DNA of 64,000 nucleotides, taken from Chlamydiia bacterium (GTDB lineage Bacteria > Chlamydiota > Chlamydiia > Chlamydiales > Rhabdochlamydiaceae). Position 1 is the stretch's first letter. Every line of letters starts with the position of its first letter. The translations under genes and the position numbers were made by a program. The stretch covers positions 32,001-96,000 of the forward strand of contig CAWDOQ010000010.1 of assembly GCA_963804085.1 (NCBI GenBank), read 5' to 3'. Shown here piece by piece: positions 10,228 through 22,387 of the stretch. The notes beneath the pieces are model-generated. The model ran no database searches and was not told the origin of the DNA. It worked only from the letters and a program-made list of their open reading frames with translations.

Positions 10228-12027
10228 ATGTCTACATCTTTACTACTCAGCTGCCAGTCTCTTTCCAAATCGTTTGGCTCGCGCCCGCTTTTCGAGGATC
10301 TGTCGCTCAGCATTTTTTCTGAGGATCGTCTCGGACTGATCGGCCCCAATGGCGCTGGAAAATCCACTCTTTTGAAAATTCTAGCCGGCATTGAAAAAGC
10401 GGATACTGGCATTCTCTCCGCAAAGCGCGGGCTTAAGATCGGCTATGTGGCACAGTCTTGCGAGTTTCCAGATGTAGACCCCAAAACCGTTCTCATAGAA
10501 GCATTGAAGGATGACACCGAAAAAGCGGACTATGAAAAAGAGCACCTGGCTGAGATCTGGTTGAGTAAGCTGGGCTTCCAAGGCACCGAACCCTCTGCGG
10601 CCCGTCTTTCGGGCGGCTGGAAGAAAAGACTGAGCTTTGCCGAGCAGCTGATCAGATCCCCGGATCTCTTGCTTCTTGACGAACCCACAAACCATCTCGA
10701 TCTAGAAGGCATTCTCTGGTTAGAGAAGTTTCTACTCCGCGAAGTTACCGGCTATCTTCTGGTGAGCCACGATCGCTATTTTCTTCAAAATGTCACAAAC
10801 CGGATCATCGAGATCAATCCCGTTTATCCGGATGGACTACTGGCAATCGATGGCTCCTACAACCACTTTTTGGAGAAAAAAGAGGGATTCCTTTTAGGCC
10901 AGATCGAACAGGAGCGCTCGCTTGCTTCTAAAGCGCGTAAAGAGACCGAGTGGCTCAGACGCTCACCCAAAGCGCGTACCTCCAAGTCCAAATCCCGAGT
11001 AGAAGATGCGCATGAACTTTTAGAAGACCTCTCCGAAGTTCGAGGAAGGAATGTGCAAAAAAGAGCCGGCATCGATTTTGCAGCAAGCGAGCGAGAAACA
11101 AGAAAACTTCTCGTCGCAAAAAACCTTTCAAAAGAGATAAATGGCCGCACCCTCTTTAGCCATCTCGACTTCACCCTCTCTCCCGGAACACGCATCGGTC
11201 TCATGGGACCTAACGGATCCGGCAAAACCACACTTTTGCGCCTGATTTCAGGCGACATCTCTCCTGACGTTGGGACGATTAAGCGGGCCGATCCTCTGGC
11301 GATCGTCTATTTTGATCAGCATCGTGTACAGCTTCCGAACAACATCTCATTGCGTAAAGCGCTCTGCCCCCATGGCGATTATGTTCTTTTCCGCGGACAG
11401 TCGATTCACATCAACGGCTGGTGCAAGCGCTTTCTCTTTGCTCCCGAAATGCTCGAAATGCCCATCGGAATACTCTCCGGAGGAGAAAAAGCGCGGATTG
11501 CAATTGCCCATCTGATGCTCCAGCCGGCTGACCTACTTCTTCTGGATGAGCCTACAAACGATCTCGATATTCCGACTCTCGACACCCTCGAAGAGAGCCT
11601 TATGGATTTTCCGGGAGCAGTTGTCCTGATCACGCACGATCGCTGTATGCTCGATCGCACCTGCAATGCCCTGCTAGTTTTAGGAGATCCAGAAAATGTT
11701 CAGCTCTATCCCGACTACACCCAGTGGCAAGCCTCTCTCAAAGCAAGCAAGACTTCCGAAAAAGCCGAGTCCAAAGAGAAGAAAAAAGAGAGCACCCCTT
11801 CCAAGGGCAAATTGACCTATAAAGAGAAGCAAGAATATGACCAGATCGAAGCTAAAATCTCTCAGCTGGAAGAAGAGGTCAAACAGCTCAACCATCTACT
11901 AGCATCGGCAGAAATTGCAAAAGATCCACACCGCCTATCGGAAGTCTGCACAACCGTCAGCCTCGCCGAAGCCAAGATCGAACAGCTCTACCTGCGCTGG
12001 GACGAGCTTAACAAAAAGCTCTCTTGA
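10228..12027 (+). CDS. uup: ABC-F family ATPase (Uup-like)
   Basis: Two Walker A motifs (GPNGAGKST, GPNGSGKTT), two LSGG, two DEPTN, C-terminal coiled coil. Confidence 0.85.
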   Translation: MSTSLLLSCQSLSKSFGSRPLFEDLSLSIFSEDRLGLIGPNGAGKSTLLKILAGIEKADTGILSAKRGLKIGYVAQSCEFPDVDPKTVLIEALKDDTEKADYEKEHLAEIWLSKLGFQGTEPSAARLSGGWKKRLSFAEQLIRSPDLLLLDEPTNHLDLEGILWLEKFLLREVTGYLLVSHDRYFLQNVTNRIIEINPVYPDGLLAIDGSYNHFLEKKEGFLLGQIEQERSLASKARKETEWLRRSPKARTSKSKSRVEDAHELLEDLSEVRGRNVQKRAGIDFAASERETRKLLVAKNLSKEINGRTLFSHLDFTLSPGTRIGLMGPNGSGKTTLLRLISGDISPDVGTIKRADPLAIVYFDQHRVQLPNNISLRKALCPHGDYVLFRGQSIHINGWCKRFLFAPEMLEMPIGILSGGEKARIAIAHLMLQPADLLLLDEPTNDLDIPTLDTLEESLMDFPGAVVLITHDRCMLDRTCNALLVLGDPENVQLYPDYTQWQASLKASKTSEKAESKEKKKESTPSKGKLTYKEKQEYDQIEAKISQLEEEVKQLNHLLASAEIAKDPHRLSEVCTTVSLAEAKIEQLYLRWDELNKKLS

Positions 12028-12702
12028 CTAGCGATGCCGGCCACCGCCACCATGGCCTGCGCCGCCATGACCTCCACCGCCTCCACCACGACCACCCCGA
12101 TTTCCGCCGTGCTCTTGACTTCCGCCCCCTTGGCGCCAGCTTCTTCCTGAGTGCTCGGACCAGTTTCTATTATCGCGGTACCGCCAGTTTGAATTGCCAC
12201 TGTGGGCATTCCAATGGTTTTGCCAGCGATTGTTCCAATCATGATTCCAGCAGCCCCTCCAATGCCTGTTCCAGCCATTGTATCTCACTCTTGAATAGCC
12301 ATATCCATTCCAATAGAGGCCATTGTAGCCGCACCAATATCCCCCTGCGAAGATGAAGCCCAGTGAAAATAGAGGAAAGAAGATCGAAGGGCATGCCGTA
12401 TCGCATCCATTCGACGTCACTTGTTGCGTGTTATTGATGATCACCACATTAGGATTGGGATGGTCCGCATCTTGAGGATAGTAGTTAGGATGATAGGTAT
12501 AGGTCTGTTCATGCAAATTCCCATCTGAATCTGTCACGATAGCATCGACCGACTGCGGCTGCGAATAGGCCTGCGGGCCTGGAATGGGAACCACTTGCTG
12601 CGCCGGCACATAGTCATCAGCCATCAAGCGTGTAGAAAGAGCGACACTTGCAAGAGTGAGTACCGTTGTCGCCTTATGCCAAAGACTAACTGCCTGCCCC
12701 AT
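12028..12702 (-). CDS. Hypothetical exported protein with Trp/Asn/His-rich region and Gly/His-rich tail
   Basis: GGAGGAG RBS before ATG 12702; signal-like N-terminus; central hydrophobic stretch. Confidence 0.65.
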   Translation of the reverse strand: MGQAVSLWHKATTVLTLASVALSTRLMADDYVPAQQVVPIPGPQAYSQPQSVDAIVTDSDGNLHEQTYTYHPNYYPQDADHPNPNVVIINNTQQVTSNGCDTACPSIFFPLFSLGFIFAGGYWCGYNGLYWNGYGYSRVRYNGWNRHWRGCWNHDWNNRWQNHWNAHSGNSNWRYRDNRNWSEHSGRSWRQGGGSQEHGGNRGGRGGGGGGHGGAGHGGGGRHR

Positions 12703-12744
12703 ACATCTCCTCCTGCGTTTACCCTTAGATAGCAAAACAAAGGA

Positions 12745-13134
12745 TTAGATAGAAATTGTTTTGAGCCACTCCCTCATGAGCTTTTTGATCTGTGTTTGAT
12801 ATGGAATGCCTGACAACTGCGCTTTCTGCTTGAAAGCCTTAAGAAGAGCTGGCTCAATTTTCAGGCTAATCAACTGACTTTTTTCTTGGGTCTTCGAAAA
12901 GATCATTCGATAATTTTCTAGAAATTCAAGGATTTGACCTGGTGTCATTTTCTTGCATCGCTTCAGATACTCTTTTTGAGCATCTTTCGCTTTGCATGTA
13001 GCCGGTGGCTCGGGAATTTCGATCTTTTCGGACGTAAGCGTAAGCTTACCTTTTTTGTATGCGATGACATCTTCAAGGCCTGCTTTTAAGTCTTCAAAGA
13101 GTCTGCTTGCGCCTTTATCTTTTTTTGATCGCAT
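12745..13134 (-). CDS. Antitoxin-like protein (apparent chimera; C-terminal CopG/BrnA-like RHH)
   Basis: C-terminus 'ISLKIEPALLKAFKQKAQLSGIPYQTQIKKLMREW' fits the RHH antitoxin pattern; ATG 13134. Confidence 0.6.
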   Translation of the reverse strand: MRSKKDKGASRLFEDLKAGLEDVIAYKKGKLTLTSEKIEIPEPPATCKAKDAQKEYLKRCKKMTPGQILEFLENYRMIFSKTQEKSQLISLKIEPALLKAFKQKAQLSGIPYQTQIKKLMREWLKTISI

Positions 13135-14190
13135 CGGTAAACTCTTTCTCTTTGACAGCAGACAACTCTGCTTCAATTTGCTCGACAGATGGAAGATTGC
13201 TCTTAAGATCTTTAGGTAGCGACTCGATAACTTTCGTCTTGTAAGTGGCAACTCCTATCGACCTCTTGCTTTCAGATAAGGCATATTCTATGACAAGACG
13301 TTTGCCTGTACGGCATAAAATCATGCCGATAGCTGGCTCATCATCAGGATGTTTTAACGCGGCATTAACAGCTGCGAGGTAAAATGCCATCTTGCCCGCA
13401 TATTCCGGTTTGAACGCAGTATTTTTTAACTCTACAACAACAAACCTTCGCAATTTGTAATGATAAAACAGCAAGTCTATTAGAAATTCTTCACCGTCAA
13501 CCTCAATCTTGTATTGACGTCCAATAAATGCAAAGCCCATGCCCAGCTCTGTTAAGAACTTTTGCATATGTGCGACTAGACCATCTTCGATCATTCGCTC
13601 ATCAGCATCCTCTCTGACAGGCAAGAACTCAAAATGGTAGGGATCTTTGAGTATAGCGTTGGCCAAATCAGATTGTGCCTTCGGCATTGTTGCCTTGAAA
13701 TTAGTGATAGCCTTTCCCTGACGACTATATAAATCCGAATCTATCCAGGTCTCCAACACATCGCGCGACCAGCCATTTTCAATTGTTTTATGGGCATACC
13801 AAAGGCGTTGTTTAGCATCTTTAATCCGATCCATGAGTATCACATTATGTCCCCAGGGAATTTGCGCAACAACCTGTTGCGTAATTGCAAAATCTGGATA
13901 AGCTTCCGCAAACTGTTTCATATAGAGTAAGTTACGAGACGACAACCCCGTCATTCTTGGAAAAGCAGCCTTTAAGTCTTTGGACATACGATCTATTACC
14001 TTAGATCCCCACCCTTCTTCTTTTGCTTCCGGACAATTGTTTTTCCAATGTCCCAATAAAGCTCCAGAAGCTTCTCGTTAACACTAAGTGATGCTTTTAC
14101 TTGGGCCGTACGAATGCGTTCTTTAAGCGCATCAAGGGTCTTGGCATAACTGGAGGGAATAAGACTATTGAGCTTTTTCTTTTTAGACAT
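13115..14190 (-). CDS. YhcG/DUF1016 PD-(D/E)XK nuclease family protein (one frameshift near 14021-14024)
   Basis: ORFs 13996-14190 and 13115-14056 join on adding one A; motifs GWGSKVID, KDPYHFEF, ELGMGFAFIGRQ, IDLLFYH, VVELK. Confidence 0.85.
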
Positions 14191-14284
14191 GACCGTTTTT
14201 GCAAAAAATGACGAAATCTAGAGTATAGAGATCAACTAATTTTTTCTAGAAATTCTTGGCGATCACTTGAAGAGAGAAGAGTTT

Positions 14285-14404
14285 CTAGGTTTGAGATTTG
14301 GCAGTATTCACAGATGACACCAATATCGCTGTCAGTTCTCTTTGCTCTCCACACAGCGATTCTAACATGTTCTGTGCAACGATGTTTGATTCGATAAGAA
14401 GTTC
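14285..14404 (-). pseudogene. C-terminal remnant of a four-helix-bundle (23S rRNA IVP-like) protein
   Basis: 'ELLIESNIVAQNMLESLCGEQRELTAILVSSVNTAK*' resembles the last two helices of that family; no N-terminus. Confidence 0.55.
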
Positions 14405-14441
14405 ACTTTTGCATTTTGCATTCTGACTTTTGCCTGTCCCC

Positions 14442-15210
14442 CTGGAACCCCTCTCGCAGCGCCCTTCGGTTGCGCTGTCTTCCGGGGCAGTCATGTCGGC
14501 CGGTTTCGCGGCAGCGAAACATCGGCCTCAACTCGATTCCAGACAAATGCCAAACTTTTGGCTTTCTTAACTGGAACCCCTCTCGCAGCGCCCTTCGGTT
14601 GCGCTGTCTGCCGGGGGCGGCAGTCTCGGCCGGTTTCGCGGCAGCGAAACATCGACCTCAACTCGATTTCAGACGGAAGCCAAACTTTTGGCTTTCTTAA
14701 CGGGAACCCCTCTCGCAGCGCCCTTCGGTTGCGCTGTCTGCCGGGGCGGCAGTCTCGGCCGGTTTCGCGGCAGCGAAACATCGACCTCAACTCGATTCCA
14801 GACGGAAGCCAAACTTTTGGCTTTCTTAACTGGAACCCCTCTCGCAGCGCCCTTCGGTTGCGCTGTCTGCCGGGGCGGCAGTCTCGGCCGGTTTCGCGGC
14901 AGCGAAACATCGACCTCAACTCGATTCCAGACGGAAGCCAAACTTTTGGCTTTCTTAACTGGAACCCCTCTCGCAGCGCCCTTCGGTTGCGCTGTCTGCC
15001 GGGGCGGCAGTCTCGGCCGGTTTCGCGGCAGCGAAACATCGACCTCAACTCGATTCCAGACGGAAGCCAAACTTTTGGCTTTCTTAACTGGAACCCCTCT
15101 CGCAGCCGCCCTTCGGTTGCGCTGTCTGCCGGGGCGGCAGCTCGGCCGGTTTCGCGGCAGCGAAACATCGACCTCAACTCGATTCCAGACGGAAGCCAAA
15201 CTTTTGGCTT
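14442..15210. repeat. Tandem array of six ~129-bp structured repeats
   Basis: Units start at 14442, 14571, 14701, 14830, 14959 and 15088 with ct/cgggaacccctctcgcag...; near-identical; no unique spacers. Confidence 0.97.
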
Positions 15211-15213
15211 CCT

Positions 15214-15253
15214 TTCTGGCCAAAAAAAAACCCACCAAAGGTGGGTTTTTTTT

Positions 15254-15262
<9 letters not shown>
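15214..15262. terminator. Bidirectional intrinsic terminator-like hairpin overlapping the tRNA-Phe 3' end
   Basis: ttctggcc-A9-cccacc aaa ggtggg-T9-ggccagaa perfect inverted repeat. Confidence 0.75.
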
Positions 15263-15326
<64 letters not shown>

Positions 15327-15380
15327 AAAGAAGTAGCTCTCCAAGATAGGAATCTGGCAAATTTTCTGCAAGGAAAGAAG

Positions 15381-15932
15381 TTAGCACCTATTTGTGCAAC
15401 ATGGTGATTTTCTGAGCAGATAGACACTACTGGTTACAGCCAAGGCGCCGCCAATGCCGCCTAGCCAGGCTTCTAACGCGCTTTTGAAAATAATTTTGCA
15501 AACCACTCCTCCGAATAATCCACCGGCAAGAAGGCTGGTTGTGTAGCAGGCGCATGTTCGAAACTTCTGAACGGCCCAGTTTCCCACTCGTTGATGCAGG
15601 GGTGTAAGGGTGTGCTCCAATGTAATGATATGCTTATCGCTCTCTTGTCTTGAATTTTGCACCTGGACAAGCATCCTTTGTAGTTCTTCGGGCTGTTGTT
15701 GAAGACGTGCAAGAATTTTAGTCGTTTCTTCATGGGTGGCATCAGCGTTTTGTAAATTTTCTTTATGCTTCTCCCATAGAGATTTTTCTTTAGGAATGGC
15801 TGCCAAAGCAGGATCTACGATTGCGTCAAGCTTATCATGTTTCGCTAAAGCCCCATCGAGAGCTGCAATGCTCATCTCAAGAGCGGAAGCAGGGCCTGTT
15901 AAAGGGCGATCAACTGTATTATAAAATGACAC
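15381..15932 (-). CDS. Coiled-coil protein with C-terminal two-helix hydrophobic segment (Inc-like)
   Basis: 183 aa; heptad-rich middle; two hydrophobic helices near the C-terminus. Confidence 0.6.
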   Translation of the reverse strand: MSFYNTVDRPLTGPASALEMSIAALDGALAKHDKLDAIVDPALAAIPKEKSLWEKHKENLQNADATHEETTKILARLQQQPEELQRMLVQVQNSRQESDKHIITLEHTLTPLHQRVGNWAVQKFRTCACYTTSLLAGGLFGGVVCKIIFKSALEAWLGGIGGALAVTSSVYLLRKSPCCTNRC

Positions 15933-16491
15933 ACTGACTCCATATCTGATTATTTTGCTTTAAATCGTGTAAACGTTTTTTATCACCATCTAAGAGCGTT
16001 TTTTCATTTTTAATTCTTGGCAGAAGAATTTCGCTCTCACGCTGACACAGAGAAACCACCCTATTACTCTCTGCGATATCCTGTTCGCATTGGATCCGCT
16101 TTTGCACTGTCTCCTGGATAAGCCTTTCTCGTTCCTCGTTGGCTCCGACAATCTCTGTAAGATTCTGCTGTTGTTTAACATTTTTAGCTTTTAACTGATC
16201 TAGTTTCGCTCGTGCTGTCTCGAGTATCCATTTCTGTTTTTCGATCTCCTTACCTTCATCCCACTCGTTAAATTCCTGCAAAGCAAAGGCACGCACAACA
16301 AAAACATGGGCGCGTTCGCTAAGCATTTTCTGTTGCTTGGCACGCAGATCGTCTAGCGGCAGCTTTGCAAGCGCCTCCACCAAGTCTATTGGTGAAGACT
16401 CTTCTGCATATGCGTTTAACTTGTCTAAGCAAGCAGAGCAACCGGGTTGATTAGAGGAGCAGGAGAGATCAATGCTATTACTTAAACTCAT
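15919..16491 (-). CDS. Coiled-coil protein ending in CaaX motif (CVIL)
   Basis: ATG 16491 (MSLSNSIDL...) just after the upstream stop; ends ...WSQCVIL*. Confidence 0.6.
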   Translation of the reverse strand: MSLSNSIDLSCSSNQPGCSACLDKLNAYAEESSPIDLVEALAKLPLDDLRAKQQKMLSERAHVFVVRAFALQEFNEWDEGKEIEKQKWILETARAKLDQLKAKNVKQQQNLTEIVGANEERERLIQETVQKRIQCEQDIAESNRVVSLCQRESEILLPRIKNEKTLLDGDKKRLHDLKQNNQIWSQCVIL

Positions 16492-16504
16492 AATTCGACA
16501 TCGT

Positions 16505-17160
16505 TTACTGTTTAGAAGAGGAAAACCAACGACGGGCAACTGCAACCGCTCCCAGCAGAAGTACCGCTGCACAAATGATCTTCTTATTTTTCGAAATGCT
16601 GTTTTTCTGTTTTTGAATATCCAGATCAACCGCCTTCCTGCCTTCCTCCAGAGTTGCAAGCTCTTGTTTACGATTATCATAGAGGCCTTGCACATCGAGT
16701 TGCTCTTTTTCTTCTGAGTCGCTTGGGCTTCTGTCTCTTTGAACGCAACAGCTTCATTATCCAAACGACTTTGCTGCTGTGACGCCACGCGTAAGGCTTT
16801 TTGTAGCGCAGCTGCGACATCATCGGTCTTCTGTATTTCCACCCTTGTCTCATCGGGAATCTCTTTAGCTTTTTTCTCTAAATGCTCCTTGCGTAGCTTA
16901 TCCGTCCGTTCAAGATAGCTCGCATGTAGAGCAGAGAAAGAAAAATGATCAAGTTCCTGAAATTTTAAAACCGCGTGGACATAATTAGTAGGTAGAGCAC
17001 GGACAAATGTCGAATAATGACTTGTGCCCACCTTAGAGGTGATACGCATATTCAATGCCTGTATAGACAATTTGCGTGTTTGCACATTCTGAAGCGCTTC
17101 AACGGTGAAAAGATCGACACCTTTTCCTGCACCATTTCTTAATTTTGAAAGAAAACTCAT
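16505..17160 (-). CDS. Coiled-coil protein with C-terminal TM anchor (frameshift near 16706-16710)
   Basis: GAGGTGG RBS; one extra A in the A5 run joins the N-terminus to '...IICAAVLLLGAVAVARRWF...*'. Confidence 0.55.
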
Positions 17161-17232
17161 TGACCACCTCGGATTAGACTTATCAAAAATGCAAGTATGA
17201 TAAAGCGAAAATCAAATCCAAGCAAGCGCAAG

Positions 17233-19179
17233 TTAGCGCACTTGGGGCTGCAGGTGGATCATGTCCTTGAGGATATGGACGGCTTCGGCCATTTGGAGGT
17301 CTTCTAGGCCGAAGTTGGTGGGGGTGCCTTTGGCTACTTCTGAGGGCTGGATGGTTTGGAGGAAAATTTTAAAGTTCTTGTCGTGCTCGAGGCGATACGC
17401 TGTATTGGTCCGGAGCTGGGGGAGCATTTTGATCCATTGAGACTGTTTCTTTTGCAGGTTAGGCAGGTAGTTTTTCTGGAACCAGACGCGGCTCTTTTGA
17501 TCGACGTCAGAGAGGGGGTCAACATAGGCGGAGGGAAGCTGGTCATTCTTGAGGGGATATTCTAGGTAGCGTTCGCCAATGTTATAGACCGAATACTCTG
17601 TTGGGACGACGATGTCCGCTTTGACTCCTTCTATCTGTGTGGATCTACCGGAAACGGTGTAGTACTTGCCGACTGTCACCTTAAAAAAGGCTGCTGCCTC
17701 TTTATCTGTGACTGTCTGGTACTGGATCGTTCCCTTGCCGTATGTGCGCTCGTCGCCCACCACGAGAGCTGAGCCGTAGTCTTGGAGCGCTTGCGCCACG
17801 ATCTCTGCAGCGGAGGCGGATGCTTTTGAAGTGAGGATAAGCATCGGGCCATCGTAGAAGATGCGGCCGTCGATCGTGCGCAGGTACTGCATCTCTCCCT
17901 CTGCGTATTTGGAGATGACGATTACACCGCTTGTGATAAACAGGCCTGCCACTTTTACCGCTTGATTCAGGAACCCTCCCGAGTTTTCTCGGAGGTCAAG
18001 CACAAGTCCTAAGATCTTGCCTTTGCTCTTGAGCTGCAAAAGCGCCTCGCGCATGTCTCTTTCGCAGCTGGAGTGGTCGCTGCTCTCATAGAACGAGGGC
18101 AGGACAAGTTTTGCAATCAATCCATCGCCTAAAGGTTCTGCGGTGTAGTGAAGCCGGTCATCTTCCATCACGATCTTCTCGCGCTTGAGCTGGATCCGGA
18201 CATGCTGCTCTTTTTGCCCCTCTCCCTGGCGCTTGACGCCGAGTTCAAGATCGCGCCCGCCCTTACCCTTCATGCGGCTCAGCACCTCTTCGTAGGGGGA
18301 ATCGACGACCGATTTGCCATCGATCTCGACTAGGAGGTCTCCCTTTTGAATCTTACCCGACTTTTCCGCAGGTCCGCCCTTGATGAGGTCGACGATCACG
18401 ACACCTTCTATATCCTCTTTGAGCACCACGCCCACCCCTTCAAACTCCTTTTCCAAGCTGGTGCGCATCTCAAAAGCCTCTTCAGGGCTAAAGAAAGCGG
18501 TGTGCGCATCTAAGCTTTTAGCCATCGCTTTTAGAATATGCATCGAAAAGTAGTGCTCTTTCTTGTCTCCCTTGCCAAAATAGGTCTCTTCGAGCCTGCG
18601 CAGGCGCTTTTCTAAAAAAGCAAAGACGCGGCTTCTCTCATCAGGGCCCCACTTATCTCTTGCCTTACTCTCTCTTTCGGCGGCCATAAAGCGGATAAGC
18701 TTTTTCTTGATCCTCTCGCGCAATTGCGCAGGGCTTGTCGCATACTGAAGATAGGTCTCCCCTACCGAAGTTACCGGCTCTTCAAAATTCAGGGTAAGCT
18801 CCCGTTCGACCTCTTCGCGCAGCTCACGGGCGCGCTTGATCGCCCTCTCTATCACCCCATTTAAAGCCTCATAATCGGAGAAATCGCCTGCTTTATAACG
18901 TTGGACTGCTAGTTCTAGATCCTTATCGGTGCCCTCTAAAAAGGGTTTGAGATCCCCGGCCAGAAGGTAGATCTTCTCCGGATCGCTCTGTTCAATAAAT
19001 ACCTTAAACGAGCGTTTGACCAGGAGAGGGTTAAACTCCTTGAATTCGACATGGTAGTTCAGCATCTGCTGCATGCTGTTAGGAATATCTGTGCGTTTGA
19101 GCTTTTCTGCCTGTGCAAAAAGCAGGGATCCGGAGGAGAGGAGTAGAAAAAGCAGGTATCTAAAAGGCATCACTGTCAT
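17233..19179 (-). CDS. tsp: Tail-specific (C-terminal processing) protease, S41 family
   Basis: PDZ domain, DLRENSGG, SASAAE, GERTYGKG-like motif. Confidence 0.92.
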   Translation of the reverse strand: MTVMPFRYLLFLLLSSGSLLFAQAEKLKRTDIPNSMQQMLNYHVEFKEFNPLLVKRSFKVFIEQSDPEKIYLLAGDLKPFLEGTDKDLELAVQRYKAGDFSDYEALNGVIERAIKRARELREEVERELTLNFEEPVTSVGETYLQYATSPAQLRERIKKKLIRFMAAERESKARDKWGPDERSRVFAFLEKRLRRLEETYFGKGDKKEHYFSMHILKAMAKSLDAHTAFFSPEEAFEMRTSLEKEFEGVGVVLKEDIEGVVIVDLIKGGPAEKSGKIQKGDLLVEIDGKSVVDSPYEEVLSRMKGKGGRDLELGVKRQGEGQKEQHVRIQLKREKIVMEDDRLHYTAEPLGDGLIAKLVLPSFYESSDHSSCERDMREALLQLKSKGKILGLVLDLRENSGGFLNQAVKVAGLFITSGVIVISKYAEGEMQYLRTIDGRIFYDGPMLILTSKASASAAEIVAQALQDYGSALVVGDERTYGKGTIQYQTVTDKEAAAFFKVTVGKYYTVSGRSTQIEGVKADIVVPTEYSVYNIGERYLEYPLKNDQLPSAYVDPLSDVDQKSRVWFQKNYLPNLQKKQSQWIKMLPQLRTNTAYRLEHDKNFKIFLQTIQPSEVAKGTPTNFGLEDLQMAEAVHILKDMIHLQPQVR

Positions 19180-19378
19180 AATCCCGGGTATCGCGTATGG
19201 CTCAATCGCGTGTGGCTTAATATTTATTTACAGGAACCAATTTTATTTTTAATATCTATTTTTTCACATTTTTGAGCGAGAGGTTGAGGATTGCTTTTGC
19301 AAATAATTCAGTATCAGGATACATTTCTTCATATTTTCGATACACATACTAGAGACTAAACGAGGAGAAGAGGCTAAG

Positions 19379-19750
19379 ATGCCCACCATTAACCAGCTAG
19401 TACGCCAAGGCCGCCAGGACAAAAAACGACGTAATAAGTCGCCTGCGCTGCAACAATGCCCCCAAAAACGCGGGGTATGTCTTCAAGTAAAGACAAAAAC
19501 ACCTAAAAAACCTAACTCAGCTTTGAGAAAGGTAGCGTGGGTGCGCCTCTCTAATGGACAAGAGGTAATCGCCTACATCGGCGGAGAAGGCCACAACCTA
19601 CAAGAGCACAGTATCGTGCTAGTCAGGGGCGGAAGGGTAAAAGACCTTCCTGGCGTCCGTTACCACATCGTACGCGGCGCATTAGATTGCGCTGCCGTAA
19701 AAGACCGTAAGAAAAGTAGATCCAAGTATGGGGCGAAACGTCCCAAATAG
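19379..19750 (+). CDS. rpsL: 30S ribosomal protein S12
   Basis: MPTINQLVR...[10 protein letters not shown]...RVKDLPGV. Confidence 0.99.
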   Translation: MPTINQLVRQGRQDKKRRNKSPALQQCPQKRGVCLQVKTKTPKKPNSALRKVAWVRLSNGQEVIAYIGGEGHNLQEHSIVLVRGGRVKDLPGVRYHIVRGALDCAAVKDRKKSRSKYGAKRPK

Positions 19751-19790
19751 CCTAAACAAGGTAACTTAAACCAAGACAAGAGGAATAGCA

Positions 19791-20264
19791 ATGTCACGTA
19801 GACGTCGCGCTGTTAAGCGACAAATCGATCCAGATCCTGTATTCGGCAATTACGTCATCTCTAAATTTATCAACAAGATCATGCGCGGTGGTAAAAAATC
19901 CATAGCGCGCAAAATCGTCTACAACGCAATAGAGAAGTTTGCAAAGCGCGTGAAAGCAGAAGATGCCATTGTCGCTTTTGAGCAAGCACTCGAAAATGCA
20001 AAACCCGCCCTTGAAGTAAAGTCCCGCCGTATCGGTGGTGCCACTTATCAAGTGCCTATCGAGATCCCTCCAGATCGCAGAGCTTCTATGGCGATGAAAT
20101 GGATCATCACGCACTCGCAAGAAAAAGCAGGACGTTCTATGGAAGATGGCCTTGCAGCCGAATTAACCGACTGCTACCAGAACCAAGGAACGACAATTAA
20201 GAAAAAAGACGACACTCACCGCATGGCAGAGGCGAACCGCGCATTTGCCCATTACAAATGGTAA
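19791..20264 (+). CDS. rpsG: 30S ribosomal protein S7
   Basis: MSRRRRA...RRIGGATYQVP...AEANRAFAHY. Confidence 0.99.
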   Translation: MSRRRRAVKRQIDPDPVFGNYVISKFINKIMRGGKKSIARKIVYNAIEKFAKRVKAEDAIVAFEQALENAKPALEVKSRRIGGATYQVPIEIPPDRRASMAMKWIITHSQEKAGRSMEDGLAAELTDCYQNQGTTIKKKDDTHRMAEANRAFAHYKW

Positions 20265-20276
20265 TCACTTAAAATT

Positions 20277-22367
<2,091 letters not shown>

Positions 22368-22387
22368 ACAAAATTTAGGAAATTATC

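Noticed and set aside
14442-15210. CRISPR array
   Set aside because: No unique spacers, unit too long, no cas genes in the window
15919-17160. Single 413-aa protein
   Set aside because: The middle section reads as off-frame sequence; better explained as two genes joined by a one-base deletion
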